A stretch of 63,424 nucleotides of DNA, counting the filler, from Stramenopiles sp. TOSAG23-6 (Eukaryota): the NCBI GenBank assembly GCA_900128565.1. It is 9 parts of 9 records of this genome, joined end to end, with 100 filler letters (N's around TTAATTAATTAA, not from the genome) between each part and the next. Parts side by side here need not be neighbours in the genome. Positions count along the whole stretch, not along the records: positions 31,245 to 38,931 come from LT636532.1; positions 39,032 to 46,706 come from LT636533.1; 7 more parts are not named here. One strand, 5' to 3'. Made by a program: the position numbers and the translations under genes. Positions 32,146 to 43,727 of the stretch are shown here, one piece after another (position 1 is the first letter of the stretch; the number at the start of each line of letters is the position of its first letter). Under the pieces are notes generated by a model. That model saw nothing but the letters and a program-made list of their open reading frames with translations, was not told where the DNA came from and did not search any database.

Positions 32146-35126
32146 ATGAATGAACACAGAGCAAATCGTGTAACTAGCGTCTTGGAAGAAAGGCTGCGTT
32201 TGAATAATGCTGTTGAAAAGAATATAGATTTGGGTAAACACGAAACTTTGTTATGTGGAGACATCAGCAAGTCTGTTGATATGAAGATTTCAGACGAAAA
32301 ATTCTTTGCTGAAGGAATTTATGAAGAGGAAATCAAAAGAACTAAACTGAATCAACCTGATGAAGATTTTGAGTTAAATGATATTGTATCACTTACTTCA
32401 GATCTATTTTTAGGCAACGATAATAACATAGACACAAAAGAATCTGGTTGTGCTAATGTTAAACAAAAACCATCAAAACCTTCAAAATCTTCCAAGGCAA
32501 TATCGACTACTGCAATAATAAATAGTTGCCTCAAGAAAAATGCTGCTATTGTAAGCTCTCAATTTATAGAAAATAATGAAAAAGATAATTGTGAAGTTCC
32601 CGATGAGGTTGTTCTTGACAACATTTTTTGATATTGATCACGTAAAGGTTTCAGAAAAATCTGAACAACTATCTGAAGAACAATCACACAAAATTCTCAT
32701 GAAAGCTTATAAAAAAGATATACATAATGAACATGTCACAACGGATGAAAATAAAAAACTCGTTGGTAAAACTAACGAAATCGAAGCGAAAAGCAATACA
32801 TATTTATCAAAAGTCACTCCAAAATTTATCCAAAGTGATTTTGAGGATGAACATAAATCACCTACTAGTGATTTTGAAGATGGCTATAAATCACTTACTC
32901 TTGATTTTGAGGATGAATATAAACCACTTACTAATGATTTTGAGGATGAATATAAATCACCTACTAATGATTTTGAAGATGACTATAAAGATAAACGGTT
33001 ATACGCATCAAGTGAATCTGATGATGAGATAACAATTCCTAGTAACAACACTTCTAGAAATCTAGACACAAGTAGTAATAAAGAAGACGATCTCAATGAT
33101 TCAAAAGATGTATGTTTTCATCAATAATTTTAAATTTATTTTTTTTGTATTAAATTTCGTACCTAACGAGTTTTCAATTTGACATGCTTTTTCACAATAA
33201 ATGAAGATACGATTACAAATGACACACACCTCAGAGATGAAGTGGAAAGTTTAAAAGAGCATGTCATTTTATTACAAGAAAGTGTTCACAAAGAAAGAAT
33301 GAAAAGAAAAGTTCAGCACGAATTGAGGGAAAAACAACTAAAAAGGCAAAGAATGGAATCAGCGATGAATTTAAGAAGACAACGGGAAGCATTGAATGAA
33401 TTATGGAGTACAAAGTCAAAACTAATTGTACGCGAATTACTCGATAAAGAAATCAAAAATCAGGAAGAAAAGAAACAAGCGGCGATACTTAAAACCAAAG
33501 CGGAAACTATAGCAGCATTCACTATGCAAATCATCTCACAAAAAGAACAATTTAAAAGTAGACAAAAAAGTATGTACGGACGAATGAAATTGCAACTTGA
33601 CCATTCAAATAAAAAATGTACTTTGCTCGAAACAAAAGTCGAAAAATTAGAAGATAGATTAATGAAACAACAAAAGACATACAAGGCTTATTTGGTAAAT
33701 TTGGTTAGTAGGATGAACCAAGACACAACATCGAAATATTTGAAGTCTAAGAAGAAAGCCTCTCATACTTGCGAAGTCAATGTGGACAATAAATATGCAC
33801 TATACGATAGTTGGTTTACGGACGCCATGGATGCTGCCATTCGAGAAGAAATACTCAAATGTAAAAATGTGAAATTTGATGAAGCACCAAAAAATATGGT
33901 AGAGTTCAAGACATCTTTTGATGTTTCTCATCCAAAAATAACAATACGTAGTACTAATACTGATGTGGACAAACAATGTACTGCAAGTAATAATAATAAT
34001 AATGTGGACAAACAATGTACTGCAAGTAATAATAATAATAATGATAATAATGATAAGAATGATAATAGTAATAATGATAATAATGATAATAATGATAATA
34101 GTAATAATGATAATAATGATAAGAATGATAATAGTAATAATGATAACAGTAATAATGATAATAGTAATAATGATAATAGCAATAATAATGATAATAATAG
34201 TGATAATAATATGGACAAAAATTGTGATGTGACTACTGGTAATACTGTATCTAGTATACGTAAGGACATATTTCGAGAAGAATCATCCGAGCGGAGGCGC
34301 CAGCAACATGAGAATTTATGTCAGTTTCTGAAAAAAAAGATGTCACAAAAACAAAATAAAAGTTCAGCTCCATTTTCACAAAATTTTGGGTTTAATGTCA
34401 ATGTAGCAAGACTTGTGATTCCTGAAGTAACTCCACCAAATGATTGGAAAGAGTTTGTTCAAAATAAAGACATTACACAAAATAAATCCAGTATTGTGCA
34501 AAACGAGCAACAAGGAAAATCTTTACATTTAGCTGTAAAAGAACGTCTTGCAAGAGATAAACTTAATTTAGAACAACGCCAACACTATCGCTTGGCAGAG
34601 TTGAGACGAATTGAACAAAAAGAACAACAGGAAAAAGAAATTGCGTTACGCACTGAAGGATATATGACCGACCGTATAGCAAAGTGGTCGAAAAACAAAT
34701 CCTTATCAAAAATGTTATCGACATTATACACTATATTGCCAAATATTGTCAGCAAAGGCAAACATGTCAGTGATAACTCCAGAGAAGAAATAAATCATGC
34801 GTATAAAGCTGCTTTAAGACGTATTCATCCTGATAAACTAAAAGCAAAAACAATGAGCATTCATGGAAAGCCTCTTTCTCACACAGACAAACTTCTAGCT
34901 GCTCGAGTTTTTGCAGTATTAATTGAAAAAAACAAATTCTATAAGTACGTTTTCATCATGAATTTCAAATTAATTTTTTTTTTTTTTTCGTGCGAAATTT
35001 TGTACCTAACAAGTTTCGAATTTAAAATATTTTTCACAATATAAACTTCGTTTACAGAGACGTGCTGAAAAAGGTCAATTTAGGTTCTCTTATAAACGTA
35101 AAAACAAGGTAAAAGCAAGAATTTGA
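32146..35126 (+). CDS. Large low-complexity/coiled-coil protein with C-terminal auxilin-type J domain; one frameshift near 32625 and two introner introns
   Basis: KMLSTLYTIL...AYKAALRRIHPDKL...AARVFAVL; ORFs join via introns 33110-33202 and 34945-35044. Confidence 0.65.
32835..32990 (+). repeat. 33-bp coding tandem repeat (DFEDEYKSPTN) x~5
   Basis: TGATTTTGARGATG recurs every 33 nt. Confidence 0.8.
33110..33202 (+). mobile_element. GT-AT introner (93 nt)
   Basis: GAT|GTATGTTTTC...TTCGTACCTAAC...CACAATAAAT|GAA; the next AG is out of frame. Confidence 0.85.
33988..34210 (+). repeat. AAT/GAT trinucleotide low-complexity tract (poly-Asn/Asp)
   Basis: Direct inspection. Confidence 0.9.
34945..35044 (+). 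mobile_element. Introner; acceptor AA (35044) or AT (35042)
   Basis: TATAA|GTACGTTTTC...GTGCGAAATTTTGTACCTAAC...CACAATATAA. Confidence 0.7.
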
Positions 35127-35349
35127 AAAAATAAAATTTATTCATTCAGAATTTTTTCAAAATTTTATTTTTCAAGTTATGATAAATGAATTCTCTGTTC
35201 TGCTACTTCTAGGGTTAGGGTTATCAAAAATGATATCCAAAATCAAAACTTTTATTCCTTTGTCACCAGAGCACCAGAGAATCCAGCAGAGCGAGAAGAG
35301 AATCTCTCTTTCATTACACAACAAAAGTGTGAGCTTAAAACCGGCTGCA

Positions 35350-38300
35350 ATGCCAAATAACACCGATGATGAGGAAAAAGAATCTTCAATTCCCGTCACA
35401 GATGTAGTTAAACCAGAGGCCAGCGTCTCTGTAGAGGATTCCTCGTCGGTGAAACAACAGCGTAGTCGTAATTATGGAGATCCTCCGTTACCTCCAGTAG
35501 TTGCTATTCCAACTCCTCCTGTTACCCGTCGTCGTCATTCATCCGATAATTTCCGGCTTCATAGTGGTTCTGATGAGCGATCTCCAAGAGAATCTGCTGG
35601 CATGAGTCCATCTTGGAGTCCTATGGGAGTGTCGCGTTCTCCTGACGCTGTTTCGAGCTCTTTACCCGAGCGTGGTTTATCACTTCGCTATGTGCTTGAT
35701 CGTGAACAAGACGAGGAGTCTCCATTTCAAGCTTTCAAAAAACATTGCTGGGGTTTTATTGCATTCATGCGTATGGACTTTAATGTACACTATGAATTAG
35801 GATCTTGGGGCATATTTATGGAAACACAGCGTTTCCTTGTGCACGTATTCATGCTGTTATCCATCCCATCTTTGATAGTATCAATATTTAACATTGTTAA
35901 ATTCGGTGAGCTTACAGCACCACAAGTAAGCGACAGTATGTCACCAGAGGAAATAGCTGATAATCAGCTACCAATGTGGTNNNNNNNNNNNNNNNNNNNN
36001 NNNNNNNNNTTCTTTGGAATCACTAATTTTTTTTTGGACATTTGCTTTCACATGGGCTGTACTATTTATTTCTTGGTGGCTTTCTCAGAGACAGAAGGAG
36101 CATCTGGCCGTTCCATCTCCACAACATTATACTGTAAAAGTAACACTTGAATGCTGTCAACGAAAGCCATTTCAAAAGAATGCTTTCTCTATGGATTCAC
36201 ACGAAATTCACGCAAAACTTTTACGTCTTTTTGGTCGTTTCGGGAAAGTTCTTGAAATAATCGTTGCTCATAAAACAACGGCATTTGTCGTATTCGATAA
36301 TGTTCAGGCTCCCGCAATTGCCATCCAACATTATAAACGTACTCGACGGTTTTCGTGTTTGATGGATATAATATGGCCTGTCGTAGAAAAAGGAGAAGCC
36401 CTTGAAATGTATGTTTTCATCCATACATTACAATTTTTTTCTTTGTACCAAATTTTGTACCTAACGATGTTTTTATCCAAAAAAAAAATAATATATATTT
36501 TTTCACACTGCATACCAGGTGCATTATCTACTGATTTAACAAATGAGGATTCTACTGTCCAATCTGTAGAAGTTGCAAAATGGGAGCAAGGAACTTGTCC
36601 ACGCACTGGGCGTTTTTATTGGTATAATCCTGAAACAGATGAAAGTATGTGGACCTGCCCAACTCCGAATAATGGAAATGCCACTAACCCTAACCCTAAG
36701 GGACATGCAACTTTAAATAATAGAAACTCTAAATCGAATTCTTCATCGGATTTATTAGGCAACGTAAATGTACAAGGTAGAAGTAATGACATACATAGTT
36801 TTGATTTGGGTTTACCAGGTCCTACTGATATGAGACCATTGGCTATCAATAGTTTACCATTACGGCTATCAAAACCTCCACATGTACGTTTTCATTTTTT
36901 ACGTAATTGTTTTTTTTTTCATACGAAATTTCGTACCTAACAATTTTTTTACAAACAAAATATTTTTTTACAATACATCCGTCAGATGTCCTTTGGGACA
37001 ACTTGCGCTCTTCGCTGTGTGTTCGTCATAGTAGACGTACCCTAGCTCATATAGTTGGCATTTGTTTATTAATTGGAAATGCTTTATTTGTATTAGAACT
37101 TCGAAGTTCTAAAGATCCAAACCGTGTTGGAATACTGAAAATTAAAATTGACCAGACAACTCTTCCTTGGTTTAAATCTTTGATGATTGTTACAGTCAAT
37201 GCATGTTTTCGTATTTTGTATTCAATGATGACACCATGCACACTTCCACATTCAGTAACTGGTTTGGAAAGATTTATTTTTCTTGCTGTCTATTTCATGT
37301 CATGTTTAAATACATTTGTACCAGCAGCGATTTATTTTCCGATAACACTCTACATTTTTAACTTTATGGTTCCGACTTTATTAAGAGTTATTGAAGTAAC
37401 ATTCCGTTCAATGTGTCAAGATCGAACTTGGTTACCAAAACTCGGGACACCTTTAATTGCAGGTTTTTTTGGGGAAAGCATGTCCTATACATGTTTTACT
37501 GTAACATTGTGCTTCACGCCTTGCTTTCGATATCCAATTGGAATTTTATTTGGGCTTATCACTCTTATTTTAGAAACTGCGTGTAGTTATTATTTACTTC
37601 GTGTTGCAGCCGTTGCCCAACCAACCTTTGTGATCGTTCTATATATTTGGCACTTTGATGTCACATCTTCATTAGCGACGTTGGTACCTACTGTGATTGG
37701 ATTTGCAATGGCTCTTTTATTGCATTATATGTTTACTGCAAGATTGTGTGCATGTTGCTTCACTATAGGATTTGGCGATGTCACTGATTTAGAAGCTCAT
37801 TTAGATACGGAATCTGTCCATCAACAAGGGAGTTTTAGAAGGAGAAAGAGTCACGGTGATACTATTTTGTCAAATCAAAATGATAATAATATTTCAACGA
37901 TGAATAGAGAAATATCTTCAGAATGTGAAAGAAAAACTTCACGTGCACCTTCGATGTTTTTAGGAAGGCAAGCATCATTAGCAAGTTTGGAGTTTTATCC
38001 AGGTAAAAACAAAAATTGGTGTAGTGATTTTTTATGTTTTTGTAGAGTGGGTGCGTGGATACAAGCTGTATATGACAAAGCAATTTCGAGTCCTCATCTT
38101 TTAAATATTTCGCAGTTGAGAGATTCTGAACTATCTACCGCATATGTTCCAAATTTTTCGAATAAAGCTAGGCAAGCTAGAGCGCTTCAATTGCAATTGA
38201 TGCAGTTACATAGTAGAAGTGTTTTGAACTCTTTTCCCGACCGTGGAACTTCAATGAGTTTCATTCATTCTCAACAGCAGCGACACTTAGAGCAAGAATT

Positions 38301-38924
38301 AAAGCATAGACTTTCACTAGCATCTAATCAAGATGTACGTTTTCATCATTCATTTTTTACCTATTTTTTTTCATAGAAAATTTTGCATCTAACGATTTTT
38401 TTACTAAAAAAACTGAAAAAAAAAAATCTGTTTTACATTACATGGGAAACATTCAAATAGATCATCTGCACATAGTAAAATTTCTGAAACTGCTGGAAAT
38501 GGTCCCTCTAATCGCATGGATTTGATGGCCTCTAGACATTCAGGAATCCAATCTAATAGTAGACCTCCATGTACGTTTTCAAAAGTGAATTTCAAATTTA
38601 TCTTTTTTTCGTACGAAATTTTGTACCTAACGATTTTGGAAAAATATTTTTTTTTTGCACAATACATCATTCATTGTAAAAGAAGTAAACCAATCCCCAA
38701 CTCTGACAAATGTGTCTAAACGTCGATCTTCATTTGGTGCTACTATATGGCAAGGTTCGAAACATGCTAAGAAAACAACACAAAGAGTTAGAAATGAAAC
38801 TGTCAAGGAGTTACATAGATGTATGGACTCATTATGAATTTCAATTTTTTTTTGTTTTTTCTCGTTTTAAATTAAATTGTACCTAACAAATTTTGAATTT
38901 GACATATTTTTTCACGATACATGA
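35350..38924 (+). CDS. OSCA/TMEM63(CSC1)-like membrane protein with inserted WW domain; five introner introns; small internal N gap
   Basis: HYTVKV, LFGRFGKV, AFVVFD, KPPH|PSDVLWDNL followed by multiple TM segments; WEQG...GRFYWYNPETDESMWTCP. Confidence 0.7.
36409..36513 (+). mobile_element. GT-AT introner (105 nt, in frame, no stop)
   Basis: GAA AT|GTATGTTTTC...GTACCAAATTTTGTACCTAAC...CACACTGCAT|A CCA. Confidence 0.8.
36884..36978 (+). mobile_element. GT-AT introner (95 nt)
   Basis: CAT|GTACGTTTTC...CATACGAAATTTCGTACCTAAC...TACAATACAT|CCG TCA GAT; the next AG is out of frame. Confidence 0.9.
38335..38443 (+). mobile_element. GT-AT introner (109 nt)
   Basis: GAT|GTACGTTTTC...TCTAAC...TACATTACAT|GGG; joins the next ORF in frame. 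Confidence 0.8.
38571..38667 (+). mobile_element. GT-AT introner (97 nt)
   Basis: CCAT|GTACGTTTTC...TTTCGTACGAAATTTTGTACCTAAC...CACAATACAT|CA. Confidence 0.85.
38821..38922 (+). mobile_element. GT-AT introner (102 nt) apparently splitting the stop codon T|GA
   Basis: AGA T|GTATGG...TGTACCTAAC...CACGATACAT|GA. Confidence 0.65.
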
Positions 38925-39032
38925 TGACGGANNNNNNNNNNNNNNNNNNNNNNNNNNNNNNNNNNNNNNNNNNNNTTAATTAATTAANNNNNNNNNNNNN
39001 NNNNNNNNNNNNNNNNNNNNNNNNNNNNNNNT

Positions 39033-39545
39033 GGTCACTTGGAAGTATTGAAATGGTTAAGAAGTCAAAATCCACCTTGTCCATGGAGTGTGTATACGTG
39101 TCGTTATGCAGCTGACGAAGGTCAAATAAAAGTATTGAAATGGTTAAGAAGTCAAAATCCACCTTGTCCATGGGATGAATTTACGTGTGCTTGGTCAGCT
39201 GAAAATGGTCACTTTGAAGTATTGAAATGGTTACGAAGTCAAAATCCACCTTGTCCATGGGATGAAGAAACGTGTGAAAGAGCAGCTGAATTTGGTTGCT
39301 TGGAAGTATTGAAATGGTTAAGAAGTCAAAATCCACCTTGTCCATGGAATGAAGATACGTGTGCTAAAGCAGCTAAATATGGTCACTTGGAAGTATTGAA
39401 ATGGTTAAAAAGTCAAAATCCACCTTGTCCGTGGGATGGAGGTACGTGTGAAAATGCACAAGAAGCTGGTGTATTAGAGGTATTACAATGGTTAAAAGAG
39501 GTAGAAGCACCAGCTTTTGACTATTATGCATATTGCCATTGGTAG
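39033..39545 (+). CDS. Ankyrin-like 29-aa repeat protein (5' truncated)
   Basis: GHLEVLKWLRSQNPPCPW..TC..AA repeated with 87-nt periodicity. Confidence 0.85.
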   Translation, partial: GHLEVLKWLRSQNPPCPWSVYTCRYAADEGQIKVLKWLRSQNPPCPWDEFTCAWSAENGHFEVLKWLRSQNPPCPWDEETCERAAEFGCLEVLKWLRSQNPPCPWNEDTCAKAAKYGHLEVLKWLKSQNPPCPWDGGTCENAQEAGVLEVLQWLKEVEAPAFDYYAYCHW

Positions 39546-39802
39546 CATTATTAGAAAAAATAAAAAATAGTGATGAATGCAGAATGAAAGTGTCTTTTTT
39601 TCTTAGTTTTAACAAAAGTTTAATGATTTTCTGTTTGTTTTTTCAGAATAAAATTCAATATAATAAAAAAATTTAATTCAATTTTCCCGAATTTCAAATT
39701 TAAAAAAAATTCTCATCGCGCGAAATGAAAAATACCAGCCTGTTTTTCATCTCTCTTATTTTACAATCAATTCAAATCAGATAATATTACGTTGATATAA
39801 CC

Positions 39803-42800
39803 ATGCGAACCTATGGAAAGCAGCGTCCTCGTGTTTCTAGTTATGATCACGAGGATCGTGGTTCATTGAAAGAGCTTAGACATTCTCCTGACAACTTTTG
39901 TTCTGATAGTTTGGATGACGGACAACAAGTTCGCAGAGTGAGGAAGAAGAAAAAGAAGAAGAAAAGAGCACGACAAAAACAAAACCAAAAGTTCGTGGAT
40001 AGTAATAGTGATAACAGTGATCTTGAAAATTTGTTTGGGGGTATGAGTACGTGTTTCGCTTCTTTAGATCTTTCTTGTTCGGACGCGACTGATCATTCTA
40101 TTTCTGATTACGAAGTCAAACCAAAACGTCAAGTGGGTAAAAAAACAACCAAAGTTTTTGGAAAAAGAGGACTCAAAACTAAATCAAAGGCTAAAAAACA
40201 AAGTAGTAGTACGTTATCTATCAGTAATAGGGAATCAAATGCTGTATCAACACGTAATAACAAGTCTAATGGGAGTGTTTTAAGAAAAACTGTCCCAGGT
40301 AAAAATGTAGGTACAAAAAATAATACCAAAATGTCTATAAAAAAAGACTCTTCCTTTGATCCAAATACTTTACGTACAGCTTCATCTGATGATATGCGAT
40401 TTATTTTAGCAGCTCTTGGATCGTGTGAAACTACACTTCCTGTACAGCCTATAAAAAATGAAATTGGAAATGAGTCTACATTAGTAAAGAATTGCAATAT
40501 TCCACAAAAAGATGAAGAATTAGTACAAGGTAAACCTTGTTTAACTAGTCTTTACGAGAGAGCTTTTGAATTATATCTTCCTAGTATTTGGACAACCCAA
40601 CGACAATTTCGTGTTTTATCATTTTGGGAGAGAATTGGATTACAACGAAGAATGTCAACATCATCTAGTTCTCATTCGAATAGTCATTCGATTATGCTTG
40701 AGATTAAGAAAGAACAAGTCGATAATTTACGTGAAGGTTTGAATGTCATTTTAAGTGAACGTGCTAGTGAAGCAAAAGCAGTTGCACAAAGTAAGAGAGT
40801 TGCAAGGTTAATATCAAAAAACACGAAAAATATCAAAACTACACAACAATTTGATGAATTGAAACAAACTCAGTCCATGCAACAATCGAGAGCAATAATG
40901 AGTCTTCGTCGTGCGTCCTTTGGAATTCCTCTTTTAGGATTAACTTTAAATGTAAATGGTCGGAGAGATTCTACAATTCAAAATAGAAACTCTCTACTTC
41001 CAAATAGAAAATCTCTACTTCCAAATAGAAAATCTCTACTTCAAAATCGAAAATCTATGGTACATAACCAAATCGATAGTGAAGTACAAGTATCTTCCCG
41101 CAGAAGTAGTTTATTGTCGTTAGGTGCTTTTCAACGTCGTTGTAGTTCTATTGGAATTTTAAGGCAGTCTATTTTACCAAAACAAATGCCAAACATTGTT
41201 GAAGAATCAATTTCAACTGATGAATTAGATGAATTTGATGAATGTTTAGAAGATAGCGAATCATTAGATGATAGTTTTGATGATAAAATATTACATGATC
41301 AAATGAATAAGGACGACATTCTCTCAAAAGAAACATCCAAAAATGAAAATATGAATATCAGTTTGAATGCATTCTGTATTTCTATTATTTTAGAATATTT
41401 AAATACAAATGAACTATTACATATTGCTCCTCAAGTCTCTCAGCTTTGGTCCCAATTATCGTCACAAGTATGGTCATGGAAATCTGCACAATGTCTAAGT
41501 ATAGAAAATACTGAAAATTCTGAAAATACTCTTTCATCTTCCATTGTTCTTCGATGTTGGTCACAAATGTTACAACAATTTCCGTGGGGTCGATTTCTCG
41601 CAGAAGGAGGTTTCAAAAAAGTATTTGAAGTTTGGGCAAATAAAGAATGTCGATTTGAAGCAATTGCTGTAATGGACTTACAACATATATGTCAAAATGG
41701 TAGTGCTTCTGTAGTACGTCAAGAAATTCATGCAGGTTTGTTATTATCTGAATTAGTCGATAATGAGATTTGTCCTCATTTTGTTGAATTATATCAAATT
41801 TTTCAGTTTGCATATGATGCCCCAAAACATTGTTGGGGATCACGTAAATGTCGTACACCTCTAGGTATGGAATGTCCATATTCCAGTGATTCTATTGATC
41901 AAAATAATACAATGATTCATGAAATGAAAATTCCTGAACCTCCCTCGAGTGATTCTCATCGAGCATGGCAATTTCTTCGGATGGAGTTGTGTGATGGTCA
42001 AGATCTTGAAGAATATCTCCGACAAGATCCATCACATCAAATTCAAGCAAGTCAATTACCTGGTATATTTTTACAAATGGTATCATCATTATATGTCTCT
42101 CGTATTCGTTTTGGTATGTGTCATTATGATATTAAACTTTTAAATTTTTTATTAAAATCAGAAGCCGCAGTTCAAAGAGATCGAAGAAATCCTACCCCTA
42201 ACCCTAATAATCAAAACAAAACATCTGTGATTTCGTATTGTGTTGAAGGTATACTTGAGCCAATCATGGAAGTACCCATTTCATCTTTATCATGCGGATA
42301 TGTAGTAAAACTAGCTGATTATGGTACAGTTGATATGAGTGAAGAAAATTCTGGAAAGCCAATTACTCATGTACGTTTTCATCATTTTTTTTCAATTTTT
42401 TTTTTCATACGAAATTTTGTACCTAACAAAAAACATTTTAAAAAAATTTTGAAATATTTTCATCCAATACATGAACATTTTACAACTTTAGAAAATACAC
42501 CACCTGATTTTCTTATTATTGGCGATTATGCAGCACAAGGTTTTGCTGCAGATACTTGGGGGTTAGGTTTGTGTTTAGTACATTTATTAACAGGTCATGT
42601 TCGTTTTCAACATTGAATATTTTTACATATATTTTTTTACTATGAAATTTCATACCTAACAAATTTTTCAAAATCCAAAAAAAAAAAAAATATTTTTTCA
42701 CAATATATGCTCCATATGAAGAAATACTCTCTCAGATTCATTGTCCTGAAGGGCCTTTTAAACGTGGATTATTGACAGCATGGTGTGATGGACATTTTGA

Positions 42801-43670
42801 AGGTCAAGAAGATTTTGGTACGTTTTTTATTACAAATTTCATTTTTTTTTTTTTTTTTTTTAATCAATTTTAAATTTTACATGTAAAATATTTGAAATAT
42901 TTTTTCACAATGATGAAGAAAGTCAATATAATGTAATTTATGATGGTGTTGAAGGTGATGATGATCAATTAGATACACTTTGTGATACATTATGGAGATT
43001 ATTAGTTCTACTTTCTCCTTCAACTTCTGATTTTGATAAAAAAATATGGTCAAAATCTTTGGCATCACCAAATAGAAAAATTCAAGAAAAGGGTGATGAT
43101 CATTCAGTATTAAAAATGATCAAAACATTGGTACAAAAAAAATCAAAATCTTCTGCATCTAAAAAATTACGAAAAGAACAAAAGATTTGGTCTTTATTTA
43201 AAGGATCTCATGTTTGTTTTCATCATTCATTTTTATTGTTTGTTTTTTTTGTTTTTTTTTTTGTTTAGTACAAAATTCTATACCTAACAAAAAAAAATCA
43301 AAATGTTTTCATCATTCATTTTTTACATTTATTTTTATAAAGAAAAAAAATTTCTTAACAAATTTCAAACTATAAAACATATTTTTTTACAATACATGAT
43401 ATAATGGTCACTGCACGCGAAAAAATGAAAGAACTTCCAGGAGGTGTAAAAAATACAGAAAATATAATACGTGGTTTACTTCATTTCTGTCCATCTAAAA
43501 GATGGACAATTAGAAATGTTTTACAAAGTGAAATGTTTTCTCATTTTCGAGGTTGTTATCAAAAAGAAAATAATGAAATGATTGAAAAAATTAATTGTGT
43601 TATTGGTGTAATCACTGAAGAGTCAAATGAAAAATGTAATGATGTATTGGATCTATTACCAAATATTTGA
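39803..43670 (+). CDS. Protein kinase with long basic N-terminus and F-box-like segment; four introner introns
   Basis: LAEGGFKKVF, HYDIKLLNF, KLADYG, ITH|EHFTTLENTPPD, DTWGLGLC..LLTGH|APYEE, LLHFCPSKRWT. Confidence 0.8.
42371..42472 (+). mobile_element. GT-AT introner (102 nt, in frame, no stop)
   Basis: CAT|GTACGTTTTC...CATACGAAATTTTGTACCTAAC...CCAATACAT|GAA. Confidence 0.85.
42599..42708 (+). mobile_element. GT-AT introner (110 nt)
   Basis: CAT|GTTCGTTTTC...CATACCTAAC...CACAATATAT|GCT CCA TAT; the next AG is out of frame. Confidence 0.88.
42818..42915 (+). mobile_element. Degenerate introner lacking the core; acceptor TG (42912 or 42915) or AG (42918)
   Basis: TTT G|GTACGTTTT...TTGAAATATTTTTTCACAATGATG|AA GAA. 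Confidence 0.6.
43212..43397 (+). mobile_element. Double-length GT-AT introner (186 nt)
   Basis: CAT|GTTTGTTTTCATCATTCAT...TACCTAAC...TGTTTTCATCATTCAT...TACAATACAT|GAT. Confidence 0.8.
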
Positions 43671-43727
43671 AAATAGTTTTATTCATTTCATAAATGAAAA
43701 TTATAAAAATTGTATTTCAAATGTTTC

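Noticed and set aside
33928-34269. Leu-rich and Ile/Met-rich ORFs
   Set aside because: Alternative-frame translations of the AAT/GAT microsatellite.
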